Part shown: positions 37,706 to 52,200 of the stretch, piece by piece | Layout of the letters: each line of letters begins with the position of its first letter | How positions within the stretch are numbered: position 1 is the first letter of the stretch | NCBI RefSeq assembly: GCF_018977255.1 | Contig: NW_024704742.1 | Location: forward strand, 81,098,001 to 81,162,000 | DNA: 64,000 nt | Reading direction: 5' to 3' | Origin: Callorhinchus milii | Taxonomy: Eukaryota | Notes under the pieces: generated by a model | What the model was told of the DNA's origin: nothing | Database searches by the model: none | Seen by the model: the letters and a program-made list of their open reading frames with translations, nothing else | Made by a program: the position numbers and the translations under genes

Positions 37706-40700
37706 TACATTGATGGGTTTGTGGTCCTTCGGATAAGATGTCAAACCAAGATCCACCCACCTGGGAAATTGTTCAAGTGGACGTTAACGAATACGTGACA
37801 CTATTCACAATTTTCTCCCGTGTTATTTGCTAATTATTAATGAAAATCGTATGTTTCAACATAATGAGGTGCTATAAAAATACAACTTTCTGACACTCTT
37901 CAGGAATTTCCATGCAAAATGCATCTTTTGTGGCCTGAAATTCAACCCAGTCTTAGCTTGTGAGACTGTTTTGTGTTAAAATTTAGGTGGAAGATTTTTA
38001 ATTCGTTCTTTTTAAGAATGTACAAAACTGACTTCCAAATTAACGTAAAATTTTAAACATTTTCTACAATTCTACGTAATCTTAAATCTTGAAGCAAAAT
38101 GTACTTGACGACTAAGACTAGGTGGAATTTCAGGCCACTACTAAATAAAAGGCAGCTTTTATTTCGTTTTTTAAATTGTTTTGTGCAATATTTTTCTGAT
38201 CTCTTACTCAATTCCATTATTGGTTTTGCATCTGATTGCGATCCCACAGACCTGGTTTCTTCTGCGTGGTTTGGAGCTGCACATATCAGTCAAATGTTGT
38301 TGTGTCTACATCTTCGCTCAAATGTGCATGTGTCCATTAAGGAAGTGCAACTAGATAAATCATGGATCCTTGGCCTTGAAAAGGGACACTTCAGTGGGTC
38401 CTGGAGAGGTTCAGAGGCATCAGAGCAATTTTAGGATGGACACCAGGAAGTATATATTTAAACAGAGGTTAATAAGGAGGTAATAAATAATTAGAGACCA
38501 CAAAACTGACTTTCAGGAAAGGGCTTGATTCTGTAATGGGAAGGCGTCAGGTTGGATACTCTGGAAGGCTGAGATCAAATGAACCAAGAGGCCTTTTTTC
38601 ATCTGAACGTGTTGTGAACTTGTAAGGGTTAAAAGACTGATTTCCTACTTATTTGGTTTCTAAATGTTGATCATATCTGCTGTGGTTGGTTAAGTAACAT
38701 TTCCTGAATCTCACAAACGGTTGGTAGCCTGACTGTGGCGGTGGGGGGGTTGCTGAGAGGAATTGTCAACGTTCCTCTGTGTATGTCATGAATTCCTCGG
38801 GTTGTGCAACAGTCAGAGACCCTAACGGACATTGACCAGAGCCTCGCCCTCGTTACAACAATAAATTGGAGATACGTTGCTGCCACGGTCAATTTTTTTT
38901 ATTTTCAAGGAAGCTTCTTTATCTCATTTAATATATTTACTCTTTAAGAATAATGGATTGTAGATTTGAACAAAGGGAGTTCTAGGAGCCGGCATCAACT
39001 GGAAGTGCTTGTGGAATGAAATGCTGATCGAGTCTCATAATTGCAGACCCCCCGGTGATCTGTGAGTTTCACGTAGTCTAAGTGCGTTTTTCACGTATGT
39101 TTGCTTTTTCTTCAATTCTACCTAACTATGTTCTCATCCCTATTCCAGATCTCCTAGCAGCTTGTTGCTGAAGGTTGCATTGTTGATAAAAAAATTACTT
39201 ATCACAATTGGCTGCTACGTTTCGCTCACAAAATATACAGTCAATTCACTTTACAGTATATTCTGTGAAGTGCTTTGAGACGTCTCCAAGACATGATAAG
39301 GTGCTATATCAAATACAAGGATTATTATTATTATCACTTATTTCTGAAGTTTACATCTTGCATTCTTTCCCTCTTTCCCCTCCCCCTTCCGTCTCCCAAC
39401 GTACACATAATGTTAGACCCTGAGGCACTGAGGTAGGTCATAAAAATGCAGTCAATATGTTGCCTTTAACATTTACCAATCTTAGCATTTCTGTGCCTCA
39501 TTTCCTATCTGACCTTTGAATATAAAACACAGGAAAGGCTATTCTCAAGATTTTTTTAGCAAAGTGAACAAAAAAAAAGCAATGTATTTAAAAATTTTGG
39601 AAATTCGCAGCTGAATTGAATTCTCAGTTAAAATGCGGGGCGATGATGTTGGTAGCCGTTGGTTGACAATTACATCCAATTAATTGTCTTTGGGATTCCT
39701 CAGACGCAACAGTCAGGTTTGCCTACTCCGATTACTAGATATGGGGACTTTGGTGAGACCAGATTTGGCTGGATTCACCTCATGTCCCTCTCCAACCCAT
39801 AGTGAAACCTCCAAACAACTCTCGTTAGGCTCAGGAAATATACAATGTAAATGCTTCTCCAGATCTAGTAATTAGCATTCTCTATTTTCCCCTGGCACTG
39901 AATTCCTCAGGCTGTCCAGACTAAACTAAAGTTGTGATGGACAACACGTTGAAGTGCAAGATATATTGTTTTGAGCTTGGTACCAACCTTACTGACTTAA
40001 AAGTTTACATTAGCCAACAAAACACACACTCACTTCACGTTGCAGTATAATCCAGTGAAGCACTTTGAGATGTCCTGTATGAAAGGTGCTATACAAAATG
40101 TAAGGATTATTTATTAATAATAAATGCAGGGTAGCAAAAGGGTCAGGCCAGTGCAGCACAATATTGTCCACAGATTAGAACTGTTCTTTAAACTTGACCA
40201 GGTTGTAAACTGGATCTTGGGGTATACTTTATTAAGCTTGTCATTGAATGAGATGTCTGGTAAAAGAAATTCTCAGATCAGTGGTCTCTTGGAAACATCA
40301 CTGCACGTCTTTAGTGGTTGAATGTTGAAAGACTGTACGGTCGACTCTACGTTAACCATGTGCCTGGCCCTAGCTAAGAATTCCTATGTGTTACACCACT
40401 TCCTGGTGGCTCACACTGTCTGGAATTCCAGTCTTCAGAAAGTGTTTTTTTTTTATGAGTTCAATTGTTTTAATATTCGCTTTTTAAACCCGGTGATGCC
40501 AGTACATTGTGGCACAAAACATGATTAGAAGTTGGTGCATTGGTGCTCAAGTCTCAGCCTTAAGAATCATGTTGATTCTTGGTGGAACAGATTCTTAACA
40601 ATAAGCAGCAACATAGACACCGCACTGGAAAATTTCAGCCCTTTGTAATAGCGCTAAATGGAAAAATATCTGTGCTCATTTTTCATCTTGTCCCTGGCGC

Positions 40701-43700
40701 ACAGCATTTTTCAAATTAACTTAAGCTTAAATATAAAACTAAGGGTGCTGAGCCTACCCAAGAGTTCATAAAAATACAAACTTGATTTTAACTCTGTTTT
40801 CCTGGCAAACATTCCCCTTCATCCCCAAACTCATTTTGCTGTATAAGTAACAATCGTTATATTTCTACGGAACTCTTGTGTGAAGTGCTTTGGCGTGATT
40901 GGCATAAGGTATGGAGTGTGCAAGTGATATTTTACTATTTCGATTCCTTTGTGTTCTGAATTTTGTATTCTGCGTGCAATCTCATCCATTTATTTTGGAC
41001 TGGCTTTCCCAAATAACCTTTTTTTAAAAGGGATGTTATAAGAAGCAGACTTGATTCCCTGTGGATGCAGAGTTACTTGGCTGTTCGTAAATAGGTCTGT
41101 GGTTTGGCAGAATTGCAGTGATTGAGACCGCATAAAGTATTCCTTTCAAATAAAATGCATCTGTGAAGAACGGAAATGATTTAGCAATAGTATAAGCTAA
41201 GGTATTTAACAAAGCTAAATGTTAAAAGAATATACCTCATGGGATTTTTAGGTTTGCATTTCTATCAAGCCATTATCATCTGACATTTAGCTCCAAATGG
41301 CAAATGCGGTGGAAGTCCAGACCCTTAGTACATTTTTTTTTCTCTCCCTAGAGCACATTTTATATTGGAAAGATAGTTCATTATCTAAGTCTCTTTATTG
41401 AATGTGCCAATTTCTGAAAAAGAATGTCAGTTGCTGTTGGCCATTTTCAGGCTCAAATTTCTAATAATTTCAAAGATTGAATGACCCAATCTCATTTCCC
41501 TGTCACAATGAAGGTGCTAAATGCCTGATTGGGATTATTTTCTTCGTTCCGAGTTCACTATTACCTGCTGCATTTTAGATAATGAGTTAAATTGTGAAAA
41601 GGCTTGTGGGTGTTGTAAAATAAGGATGGAAAGCTTGTTAAAAATGTTTCTAATTGTTATTCAGTCTTGTAATCCTTGCATTTGATATAGCACCTTATCA
41701 CATCATTGAGATGTCTCAAAGTGCTTCACAGGATTTATTGCAAGAAGCTCTACAAGTTGAAGAACTGTTTCTGGAGAGCTGATAACATAATGTAATAATA
41801 ATGCTTACCACATTGTTGAAACACCTCAAAGCGCTACACAGGATTTTGCTGTAAAGTGTATTTGTGTATTTGTAGGTGACATCTCAGCCGTGGCAATGTC
41901 CCACAAACCTTCAAGAAGTGAATGACCAGTTTTAATTGGAGGATTGTCAACAGGATCCTGGGAGGAACTTCTTTGCTCTTTTTAAATAGTACTTTGGGAT
42001 CTTTAACATCCACCTCCACAGGCAAACAGGACCTTGTCCAAAAACTATAGTGGGACATCCTCCCGACGTGAAAGGCACTCTATAAACGTAATTTTGTTGT
42101 TGTTATTTCGTTGTTGTATTACATCATATTCCATTTTGGTTGATCACTGCTGAGGTTATATTTGTGTAATGCTGTGTACAGTCTTGGGCATTTTAACTTT
42201 TTGAAAGATACTTGATGTGTTGGAGAGGGTTTAGGGAAGTGCATCACAGATATTTTCTAGAATGGGGTCCAGTTATCAGCAGAGATTCAAAGAGTTAAAT
42301 TTATAATAATAATCCTTACATTCGCCAGAGGATGTCTCAAAGCACTTGATAGGATATATTGTAAAGTGTAGTAACTGTATGTTCTGTAGACAAATTTGTT
42401 CTCGCTACAGAAGAGGTTAATTGGGAAAACTAATGATAGTCCTGAAATGATGAGAGCCGCAATCTGTATTAGGGTAATGTAAGCTGGTAATTTGATTTAG
42501 ACTATGAACTGGAATAGAATAAATTGAAAATTGATAGTACTCTTATTGAGATAAATGGTTAGGCTTTATTTTTCATAAGATGGATAAACTTGCAGTAACA
42601 CAGGTTGCTGAACCAATTTAACTGTGTTTAAACAAATCTGAAAAGTATCTGATTGAGTACAATATTGAAGCTTACAGGGTTAGAGTCATGGACATTTGTA
42701 GAACCAATGGGACATTTGCCCTATCATGCCTGTGCTGGCTCTCTGAAAGATCTATCTATTTAGTCTTATTCTACTATTTCAACCACAACTTGGTTTGCAT
42801 GGGTAGTTACCTAGTACGCACTAATCTAATTCTATGTGACACCATGATTTTGTGCTACCAAATGGTCTTTTCTGATTCCATGCTTTATTTTGATTAAATC
42901 AATTGCTTAAATCATTTGCTTAACATGTTCACGTGACCAGCACTGGCTTCTTATTTGCTTTTGTTTTTTTACACCGCGGGTCATGGCCAAGTCCTCATGG
43001 ATTAGATGTGACACGTGTTTTGCCTACCTAACAATGTACTTCAACTTAAAGCATGGAATGGTACAGCTAGTTTAGTAATTGTAACATTATTTTTTACCAC
43101 AGTAGGCATGCCTGTGGCTTCTCTGCCTAACTGAGCATGGGTTTGTGTTAAATCGAGCACAGTTTTGTGCTAATGTGACTTTATATCCTCTGGGAACAGC
43201 ATTGTCCCACCTGATGTAGCTCCCTTAACTGATGTTGGAGGAAAGGGAACATAAAGTTATTATTTAGCTGGTCCACTACTATGATGAATGTTTACATTGT
43301 TGCCATTATCTATCCCTATGCCACTTAGTTGGACTTATTGTCATACAGAAACCATCATAAGAATTATCCTGGAAGCTTGATACACTTTTCCATTTGTAGG
43401 CAAGTAGGCACAGCAGTGTCCCACAAATAGTTGTGGTTAGAGTGACCAAGTTATTAGTATTATTTTCCTAATGTGTCGCCCTTTTTGTAAATTTTGTAAA
43501 TGTTTCTTTACAATGGGTAACTCTGCAAGTGATTGTTATTAATCCAATACTCTTCCTCATTTATACCACGTTTTAATATTGAAAATACTGTCAAAGAGCC
43601 AGACTAGCTCTACAATAGTGCTCTGGAGTACTTTGGACCCACCAGGCTCTGGAACTGGACTGGCGAGAGGGTTGGCTCATTTCTGATATTCCATTACCAG

Positions 43701-44367
43701 GCATGTTACCCTGGAGCCAGCTCAGCCCAAGGAGAACCCACTTACATAACCCTATACACCCCATAGCTTATAGAACCATATCAATGTATGACACAGCAGA
43801 GGGCACTTGGCTCATTATTTGGTGTTGGTATTTGCTCCTCCAAATAGACATCCATCCTAATCTCAATTCCTTGCCCTTTCCCGATCCATCTTTTGCCTGT
43901 GTTTATCTAATTCTTTATTAAATTGATTCTTCTCTATCACCCAACCTAACCAAATCTTTCCATCTCTGTCAACCTTCTGGGAGTAGTTCTTATGGAATAT
44001 GATATCCCTGAGTTCACTGCTCACAGGAAGAGGTTTCCTAATAATTATTTTAATTCCTTTCATTATCACAAATTGCACGTCTCGATCATTTCACCCCTCA
44101 ACCTTCTTTGCCGGAATGGACAAAGTCCAAACTGCTTCAGCCGCTCTCCATAGCTACTGTGCATCCTTCGATTTCTGGTATAAACCCTGTGAATCTACAC
44201 CACACCCTCTCCATAGCTTTCGTATACAGATTCGTCATCACTTCTTTACTTGGTATTCAGAGGAATACAAAACAAATTACTGTCCTACAAAAGATAAAGG
44301 AGGCGTGCAAAAATTGTCATAGCATTTTCCAGAAATGGCATTACATTGTGCACAATCAACAAGTAGA

Positions 44368-44520
44368 TATGTGTGTGTGCATGTGTCTCTCTGTATGCGT
44401 GCATGTGTCTATCTGTGCACTTGTGTGTATGTGTCTCTGTGTGTGGGCATCAGTGTGTCTCTCTGTGCATGTTCACGCATGTGTGTGTCTCTCTGTACAT
44501 GTATGCGTGTGTGTGACATG
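44368..44520. repeat. Degenerate (TG)n microsatellite
   Basis: gtgtgtgtgcatgtgtctctctgtatgcgtgc... Confidence 0.9.
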
Positions 44521-46789
44521 TTCATGAAAGAAACTGACGCATTAGAATCAAAATGATGCAAAACTGAAGGAGAATTTTTTTGTCAAAATAATCGAAGCAG
44601 ACAGATGTTTGACATTTGTAGATTTAGAATTGCCCTTGGGTCTCGTTTCTAATGGCTGAATGCAGTTGAAGAGTTAAAGAAATTGTGGCTTGTCGCAGGC
44701 AGAGCGAGCATGAAGTTAATAACTCAAACAGTTACCATGGCAATAGCATCCACATGATGGTACATTTGCAGGAATGTAATAACGTTGGGGTGGGCGGGCG
44801 GGGTGCGGATGGCGGGGGTGAGAGATGACAAGAGTTCAGTTCTAATCTAATGTTCCAACAGTAAAATTATTTTGATAGTTTTAAGGACAGTCTTCAGCTA
44901 ACCATTTAAAACTTATTATTATAACAATATAAAAACACAGGTAGCACCTTCCACCCTATTTTTGCCGCATCTAAAGTATTGGAGCCGCAGCGAAAAGGAT
45001 GGGAGAACATTGTGATTGTAATGACAGCTCATTTTTGTGGAAACATGGATTTCTGGCCTGTATATCAACACTCCTGCAGACAGAGAGGTCCATTTATTTT
45101 TAATACGTCTAGCAAATGCCATCCTTATCCTGACACCTACTGCAAAAATACATTAGCCCTTGGGACTGAGTGTAGTTGAAGAATCCAGTGGTGAACTTCA
45201 AGCTCAGTTTCTGAAATGCATTTTGTTCATTCACATTTCTGAAAAAAACACACAATAATTGGGGTTTGATGTTTTTGCAAAATAAGACTAAAATCCTTTC
45301 CATAACCTGGTTTCATATGTTGTTAGGATATGAAATGCCTCCCGGGAACAGTGATCGAGGCAGAATCTATATTAGATTTGAAAAGGGAATGAGATGGAAA
45401 TATTAAAAGGAGTAAACTACAGGGGTATGGAGAAAAGGCAGGTAAATGGGACTGAAAGGATTACATTTTAAAAAAACAGCACAGACATGATGGGCCAAAC
45501 GGCCTATTCCTGTGCTACAAATATCTTTGGTTTTATAGTTCTATGTCCTGAACCACTAAAGAAATATACGCTCTGTGTTTTTGATACAACTTAAAAATTC
45601 CCGGAGGTGAAATTTAACAGCCTGTAAAAGTTACAAACTGAGCAGCATGTGCTTATAATGGGGAAATCCCATTTTACATCTACACCCTCAGTGCCTGTAA
45701 CTTTTCTGACCAGCAGAAATATGTGCGTAAAGGTATTCGTTTGAACCTCCAGCTTCACCTTTTTCGTACAACACAGTCCTTGTGTTCAGGTCACGAAGGA
45801 CACTAATAAAATTGCCATTTTCTTATCAATATAAGTGATTGCTGTGGCTAGGAATGTTTTTGGTCCGCCGGGTAGCTGACACTTGCAGAAACTCATTATC
45901 ATATTAAAGTGTGGCCAATCAAACCGAAGTCGGACCCTGTTATAATAGTAGTTAGGGTCAATGAAATCGGACACCGGGTTATAAAGCCTGCACAAACGGG
46001 CACGTGTCAGCACTTCTAGATCAGCAAGTTGCAAATAGTGACACCAATAACGTCACTGAACCACGCATCTTAAAAAAAACACAGCTGCTCTCATTGATGT
46101 TTTCAATGGTTGCTGTGTTATTGGGAGGCTTCAGGTAAAGAGTTTGAGGTAAACAGAAGCAGACATTTTCAGTACAAAGGGAGGCCATGAGCTCGTCATG
46201 TACATGTCACTGTTGCCTATTTTTTATTAATTATCCTCATTCTCCAGCCCTCTCCCCAAATCGACCAATCTTCTTAAAGCTTAGGTGCTTATCCAGTTCC
46301 CTTTTGAATGTTCCTATTGATCCAGCCTCAACAGTTCCTTGCAGTAATGAAAATGTGAGCTTGCAATGTGATTTTCATCATTTGTATCAATAATCCTTGC
46401 ATTTGATAAAGCACCTTATCATGTTGTTTTAATGTCTCAAAGTGCTTCACAGGATTTAATGTAAACTGTAATCGCTGTGTATTTTTAGTGAAAATTATAA
46501 TGTACACTTCCAACATGGGCAATACATTTAGATTGCACTTTTCACATCGGGAGGATGTCACAAAGGCGATTCACGTCCTGGCTGGGCACCTAAGCCGAAG
46601 GAGGCGAAGGGGTTGAAGAAGGAGGGGATGGGAAAGATGACTGAAAGTGTGATCAAAGACGTGAGTCTTGAGGTGGACTTTGAAAATGGGAAGGCAAGGT
46701 CATTTGGAGGAACTTGGAAATGGAGGTCCAGAGGGCAAGAGCAAAATAGCAGCAATTCATCAGTACAAGGGCAGATGAATAAAGTAGTA

Positions 46790-48215
46790 GTCTTAGCAAC
46801 ACGAGGAACTTCACTCTGTAGTTTTTCACTGAAAATTCACTCCCATCTCTCACTAAAAATTCTCCTAATTTACCGCCCCCCCCAAATCCTCCCCCACCTT
46901 CATCTATGACATCTCCACCCTTCCAGCTTCCCTCTGCCTCTGCTTCGACCGCCTCATCATCCTAGGTGACTTCAACCTCCACTTCACCCCTTCTTGCTCC
47001 ACCTCCTCCGACTCCTTTCTCCTTTGCTCTCTCAACCTCTCCCTCCACATCCACTCTGCTAACCACATTCACGGCCACCCACTCCACCTGGTGATCACCC
47101 AGGGCCTCAGGGTCTCGGATGTCACCATCAGCAACAAGGCCATCTCTGATCACCATTTCATCTCCCTCAACCCTGGCGTGGAGGGTGCTATATAAATCCA
47201 AGTTGTTGTTGTTGTTATTATATCCTTCTCCCCACTGCCTCCAAATGTACCACCATCTTCTACCGTCCGTTGAAGAAGATCTCCCCGCCGTCCCTCTCCA
47301 CTGCCCTGTAGTCCTCTGAACTCCTCCCCCTCTGATCCACCTCCTGCACCAACCCATCCTCTGCGTTTATTCTCCTCCACAGCACCCTATCCACCACACT
47401 CGACGTCCTTGCCCCCCTCACCTCCTGAACAGCCTCCTATTTCCGATCCTCACCCTGGTTCACCAGCCACCTCCACTCGCTCAAGGGCCAGGTGTGGGCT
47501 GCTGAACGCACTTGGCTCAAATCTGGCCTAACCATCCAGCAGCACATCTGGCTGGACCTCATCAAGAATTACCGCTCCGCTCTCACCTTGGCCAAATCGT
47601 CCTTCTACTCCAAGTTAATCCTGGAGGCGAAGGGCAACCACAGGCTCCTGTTCCCCACCACCAACCGGCTCCTATGCCCTCCATGCCACATCTCACAGAT
47701 TCTTTCCTCCAACTCCCACTCTGAGGAAATGTTAGATTTCCTCGAGTCCAAAATCGAGGGAATCCACTCAGCTGCCACTTCCCCTCCAACTTCCACCCCT
47801 TCCCTATCCCACCCCCACACTCCGACCACTACCCATCCCTCCTTTCACACCTTTGAACCTGTCACCTGTCCTCTATCATCACCAGCATATCCTCATGAAG
47901 CCCACCACCTGCTCCCTTGACCTCATCCTCACCCCTCTCCTTAAGTCCCAGCTACACCTCCTTGCCCCACTAGTCACCGACATCACCAACCTCTCTCTGT
48001 CATCTGGCACTGTTCCTATCACCCTCAAAACAGCCAATATCACCCCCACCTTGAAGAAACCTTCCCTTGACCCATCACAGCTATCCAGCTACCGGCCTAT
48101 CTCCAACCTCCCTTTTCTGGCTAAGGTCCTTAAGAGAGCCATTACCTCCCAGCTTCACTCTTTCCACTCTCTCCATGAGCCCCTCCAATTGGGTTTTAGT
48201 GCTGCCCACAGCAAG
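46790..48215 (+). mobile_element. L2 LINE ORF2 5' part (endonuclease to start of RT), decayed
   Basis: Nucleotide similarity to the 2994-5715 element (ctcatcatcctaggtgacttcaacctccacttcacccc); peptides ERTWLKSGLTI, KPTTCSLD, YRPISNLPFLAKVL. Confidence 0.9.
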
Positions 48216-48754
48216 TTTTGTTGTATTTTGTTTTGGCAAATTCAAATAGCGCTATGTAATTTCCTAGTACTTTTTGTTTAAACTAATTACATAATATTTT
48301 TTATATATGTTTTTTATAGTTAAAGAATCTAGTATCCTGTGTCCCGGCCAAATGACACTGCAATGCTCTGGGTTAATCATCAGTTCAGACCTCTGACTTG
48401 TTTGGTTATTTAATTGCGCATCACCTAGAGCCATGTTGAGTAAATTATATTATCTCTTTAACAATTAACTTGCTTTGAATTTCAAATATCTTGTGTAATA
48501 GTTAAGAATTACTCTTCCTTGGTTTGTGAACTCTGGGGCAGGAAATGTAATTGCAATTCTGTATTTAGTCACCAATCCATCCTGAGACCTTGGGTGGAAG
48601 GGAGAAACAAGGCAGAGATTTTAGATTGCTCCATGGATATATCTCTTGTTCAGTTAACTACAGTGCATCATAAATGTTTGGAACAAAAAGAATCCCAAAC
48701 TATTTGTTTCTAGCTTCAATGAGGGGAAGTGAGAATAGTTTAGACTCAACAATA

Positions 48755-49060
48755 GGAGTCCTATATTCAGTGGTTAGAGCAATCGCCTCGCAAGAGAGAG
48801 ACCTGGATTCAATTCCTGGCAGGGTGAAATCTTGGGCAAGTTTCCTTATTCCACACGCCTAATAACAATCCCTCAAGAAAAAAAAATCAAAAAATTGGTC
48901 ACTTCAATCCACAACTATTTGTGGGACACTGCTGTGCGCAGTTGGCTGCCACATTTCACCCGCAAGTATGCAGTCAATTCACATTACAGTATATTCTCTG
49001 AAACGCTTTGAGACGTCTAGAAGATGTGAAGAGTGCTATATCAAATGCAAGGATGATGAT
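48755..49060 (+). mobile_element. Full-length tRNA-derived SINE (short subfamily), abutting the L2 3' part
   Basis: ggagtcctatattcagtggttagagc head through to aaatgcaaggatgatgat. Confidence 0.88.
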
Positions 49061-49782
49061 TCTCCCCCACATCCACGCCATGACCAACACTGCCTACCAC
49101 CACCTCCGCAACATTGCCAGACTCCGCCACTGCCTCATCCCTCATGCTGCCGAAACCCTGCCGAAACCCTCATCCATGCATTCGTCACATCAAGGCTCGA
49201 TTATGGAAATTCCCTCCTCATCGGACTTCCCAACTCTTCCCTTCGCAAACTGCAGATCATCTAAAACTCTGCAGCTCATGTACTCTCGCGCACCAGGCGC
49301 CGTGACCCCATCACTCCCACCCTCGCACAACTCGACTGGCTCCCCATCCCTCAGAGGATTGAATTCAAGATCCTCATCCTCACTTTCAAGGCCATCCATG
49401 GTCTTGCCCCCTCCTACCTCTCTGACCTGCTGACTCCCTATCAACTTGCCCACTCCCTCCGTTCAGCGGGCTCCGGTCTGCTCCATGTCTTACGCCCGAC
49501 CCGCCCTACCATCGGTGGTCGGGCTTTCAGCCTCTCTGCTCCCACACTCTGGAACTCCATCCCACAGTCCCTTCACCTCGCTTCCTCCCTTGCCTCCTTC
49601 AAGGTCGGTCTCAAGACCCTCCTCTTCGATCGTGCCTTCTTTCGCCCTCCCACCTCTCTGCCTTCCCTCACTCCTACCCCACCCCTCCCCCATGCTCGGG
49701 TCCTGACCCCTGACTGTCCAGCACCTTGAGACGTCCTCCCGATGTGAAGGGCGCTCTATAAATGTAATTTTGTTGTTGTTGT
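49061..49782 (+). mobile_element. L2 LINE 3' part (ORF2 C-terminus, 3' UTR, (GTT)n tail)
   Basis: HHLRNIARLR and [15 protein letters not shown]; ends gcaccttgagacgtcctcccgatgtgaagggcgctctataaatgtaattttgttgttgttg. Confidence 0.92.
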
Positions 49783-51853
49783 AATGTTATTTATAGATAC
49801 AATAAGTATATATATAAATAATTCTATATTTATATCATTACGTTTCAGTGAGGTAGTTGAAAAGCATTATGCTTCAATGATCCCTTCTACTTCTACAACC
49901 TCATAATTCACTCAAATTAACTAAACGGTATAATTTTAAGTAAACCTAAAATAATTCTGAATGTAGTGTTTGTTCTTGTTTAGTTCCTTGTTTCTCCACG
50001 TAGAAGCGCAGTTTGGGCACAATCACAATCTTTGTGGCTGTGGCTCTGGTTCTGATTCTCCGTGCCCTGACCTGGCAATTTATGCAGCTAATTGTCAAAT
50101 AGTTATAGCCCTTTTTGAGAAAATCCAGACCTTTCCATAGCAAACAAAGGTCCACTCTGTCATTATTTCTGGAGCTGAAATAAATCAATGCGAGCAATTT
50201 GTTGGGAATCTTGCTGGCAATCTAACACACAGGCCCACTCGGATAAGGAGGAAAACCTTTGAAGAGGAGGTTTCTTTGTTGTGGTTATGGGTTCATATTT
50301 GGCAAACAGAGTTTCAGCCCTGGTACAAGAAGCTTATCCTTTCTGGCAAAACAGGACATGAGCGTTATGGTCAGTGGTAAAAGGCTGTTGCTTTTTAAAC
50401 TGAGGGATTATGTGTGTTTGTATTTGTTCCCATAATCTCTTGGTGCTGCTGCCTTGCAAACCCTCAAAAGCAGTTCTACTAGAGTGTTGTATTTCTCGGG
50501 GCAGGAATAGAAGCTCACACCAAAGTGTTTTTCAAAAATTTAAATTTTTAATTAAAATTAAAAATTAAAAAGGCTTGGTTAGGAAAACATCATGGTGGGA
50601 ACATACCTTGTTTTAGCGGATCCAAGATCTCTGTCCTTACCTTCGGATTGCTCCATGGCCTTATCACACTCTACTTCTGTGACCTCCTGCAACTCTACAT
50701 CCGGCTCAACAAACAAATGCTTCATCCCCTCTGCCCCACCATTCTGCCACCGTTCTCTAGAACTCTATCCGGGAGTCCCTCTATCTTGTGCCCTCGCTCC
50801 CTCGCTCGCATTACACCTTTAAAGCCCATCTCAAGTCCTTTCTTTTCAACCTCGCTTCCCTCCACCTTTCTCAATGTCATCCTACCCCCCAGAGCAGGCT
50901 CCCTGTAAGCTCTGTGTAGTGTGCTAAAATGTCCATCTGATGTGGTAGGGGCTATATAACTACAATACAATTTTACATTCTATAGTACCTTTCATGTCAG
51001 GAGGTCACCCCAAGGCACTTGACGTTGCTATTGTTGTTGACAGTCCTGGCTTGGCACCCAAGCTGAGGGTGGGGAGGGGAAAGATGACTGATGGTGCGGT
51101 TAAAGAGATAGGTTTTAAGACAGATCTTGGAAGAAGTGAGGGAGGGAGCGAGTAGGAAGAACTCATGATGGAGTGCCAGAGAGTGGGGGCAAATAAGGTG
51201 AAAGCCCAACGAAATGTAAATTGTTGTTTTATTAACAGAAAATGATGTTATTACCTCTCTGTGCTGGCAGGATTTTCATTGCAGAGGTCCCATGTTTAGC
51301 ATGTGGGGATGGAATGAAACAAACCCAAGTCAACCTCATGGCTGTAGTGTCTGCCATTGTAAAATGTCTTTCTAATGCTCCCACAACCAGGCTAGATGGT
51401 GGCGCTAAGAATTAAAATAAATAAATAAATCAGCCGAGGTCTGTGATGGTCTTTGCTGCTCTGTCGCAGTCCGTTTCCATTAACTCCAGTGAAAGATTTC
51501 TTTGTGCTGCTCAATACCTCAGCTGTGTTGGGCAGTGTGCCAGATGTTCAGCTGATAGATCCTCTTTTATTCAGTGACTTAGGTGCAGAGCCCAAGGGTC
51601 AGACGTAGCCCACCATCAAGGTTGGGAAAAAACAGAAGACTGCCATAAATCAAGTTGTGGTTAGCTAGGTGACGCCAAGCTTGAGATTCAAAAACCTAAA
51701 GGCTGTAGGAGCAAGGGAAGACTGACAGATTCTGGCATGATATAATACACACTGTACATTTTGCATTTAATCCGCATGCAAGAGCTCTGTTAATGATGAG
51801 ATTTCCTTTTTACCATGTATGTTAAAAGCGAGTCTAGTCGTCCAATCCATCTC

Positions 51854-52200
51854 AGGTGTCAGTTTGGCTCAGCTGGTGGCACGCTCACTTTTGAGTACGT
51901 TTAAGCCACATGTCGGGACTTACATAGTCTGCGTTGACATGCCAATACAGTGCTGCATTGTTGAAGGTGAAATGTTAAACTAAGGTCTGCCTGTTCAGGG
52001 AGATGTTAAAGATCCCATGGTACTGTTTTGTCCATCCGCCCCTCCCCAGGTAAAATTGATTATTCATTTGATGCAAATTGACAGCTGTATTCACCTACAA
52101 CGTACACAGTCACTAACCATTAACAGTAAATCCTGTGAAGCGCTTTGAGGTGTCTTCCTGACATGAAAGGCCTATATTAAATACAAGGGTTATTATTATT
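51854..52200 (+). mobile_element. Old Deu-domain SINE copy
   Basis: ggtgtcagtttggctcagctggtggc...ctgcctgttcagggagatgttaaagatcccatgg and tail. Confidence 0.72.

Noticed and set aside
44108..44556. Cys/Val-rich ORFs (also 54749-55042) and the E/K/R-rich ORF at 53420-53707
   Set aside because: They are translations of TG microsatellites and a CT-rich tract.
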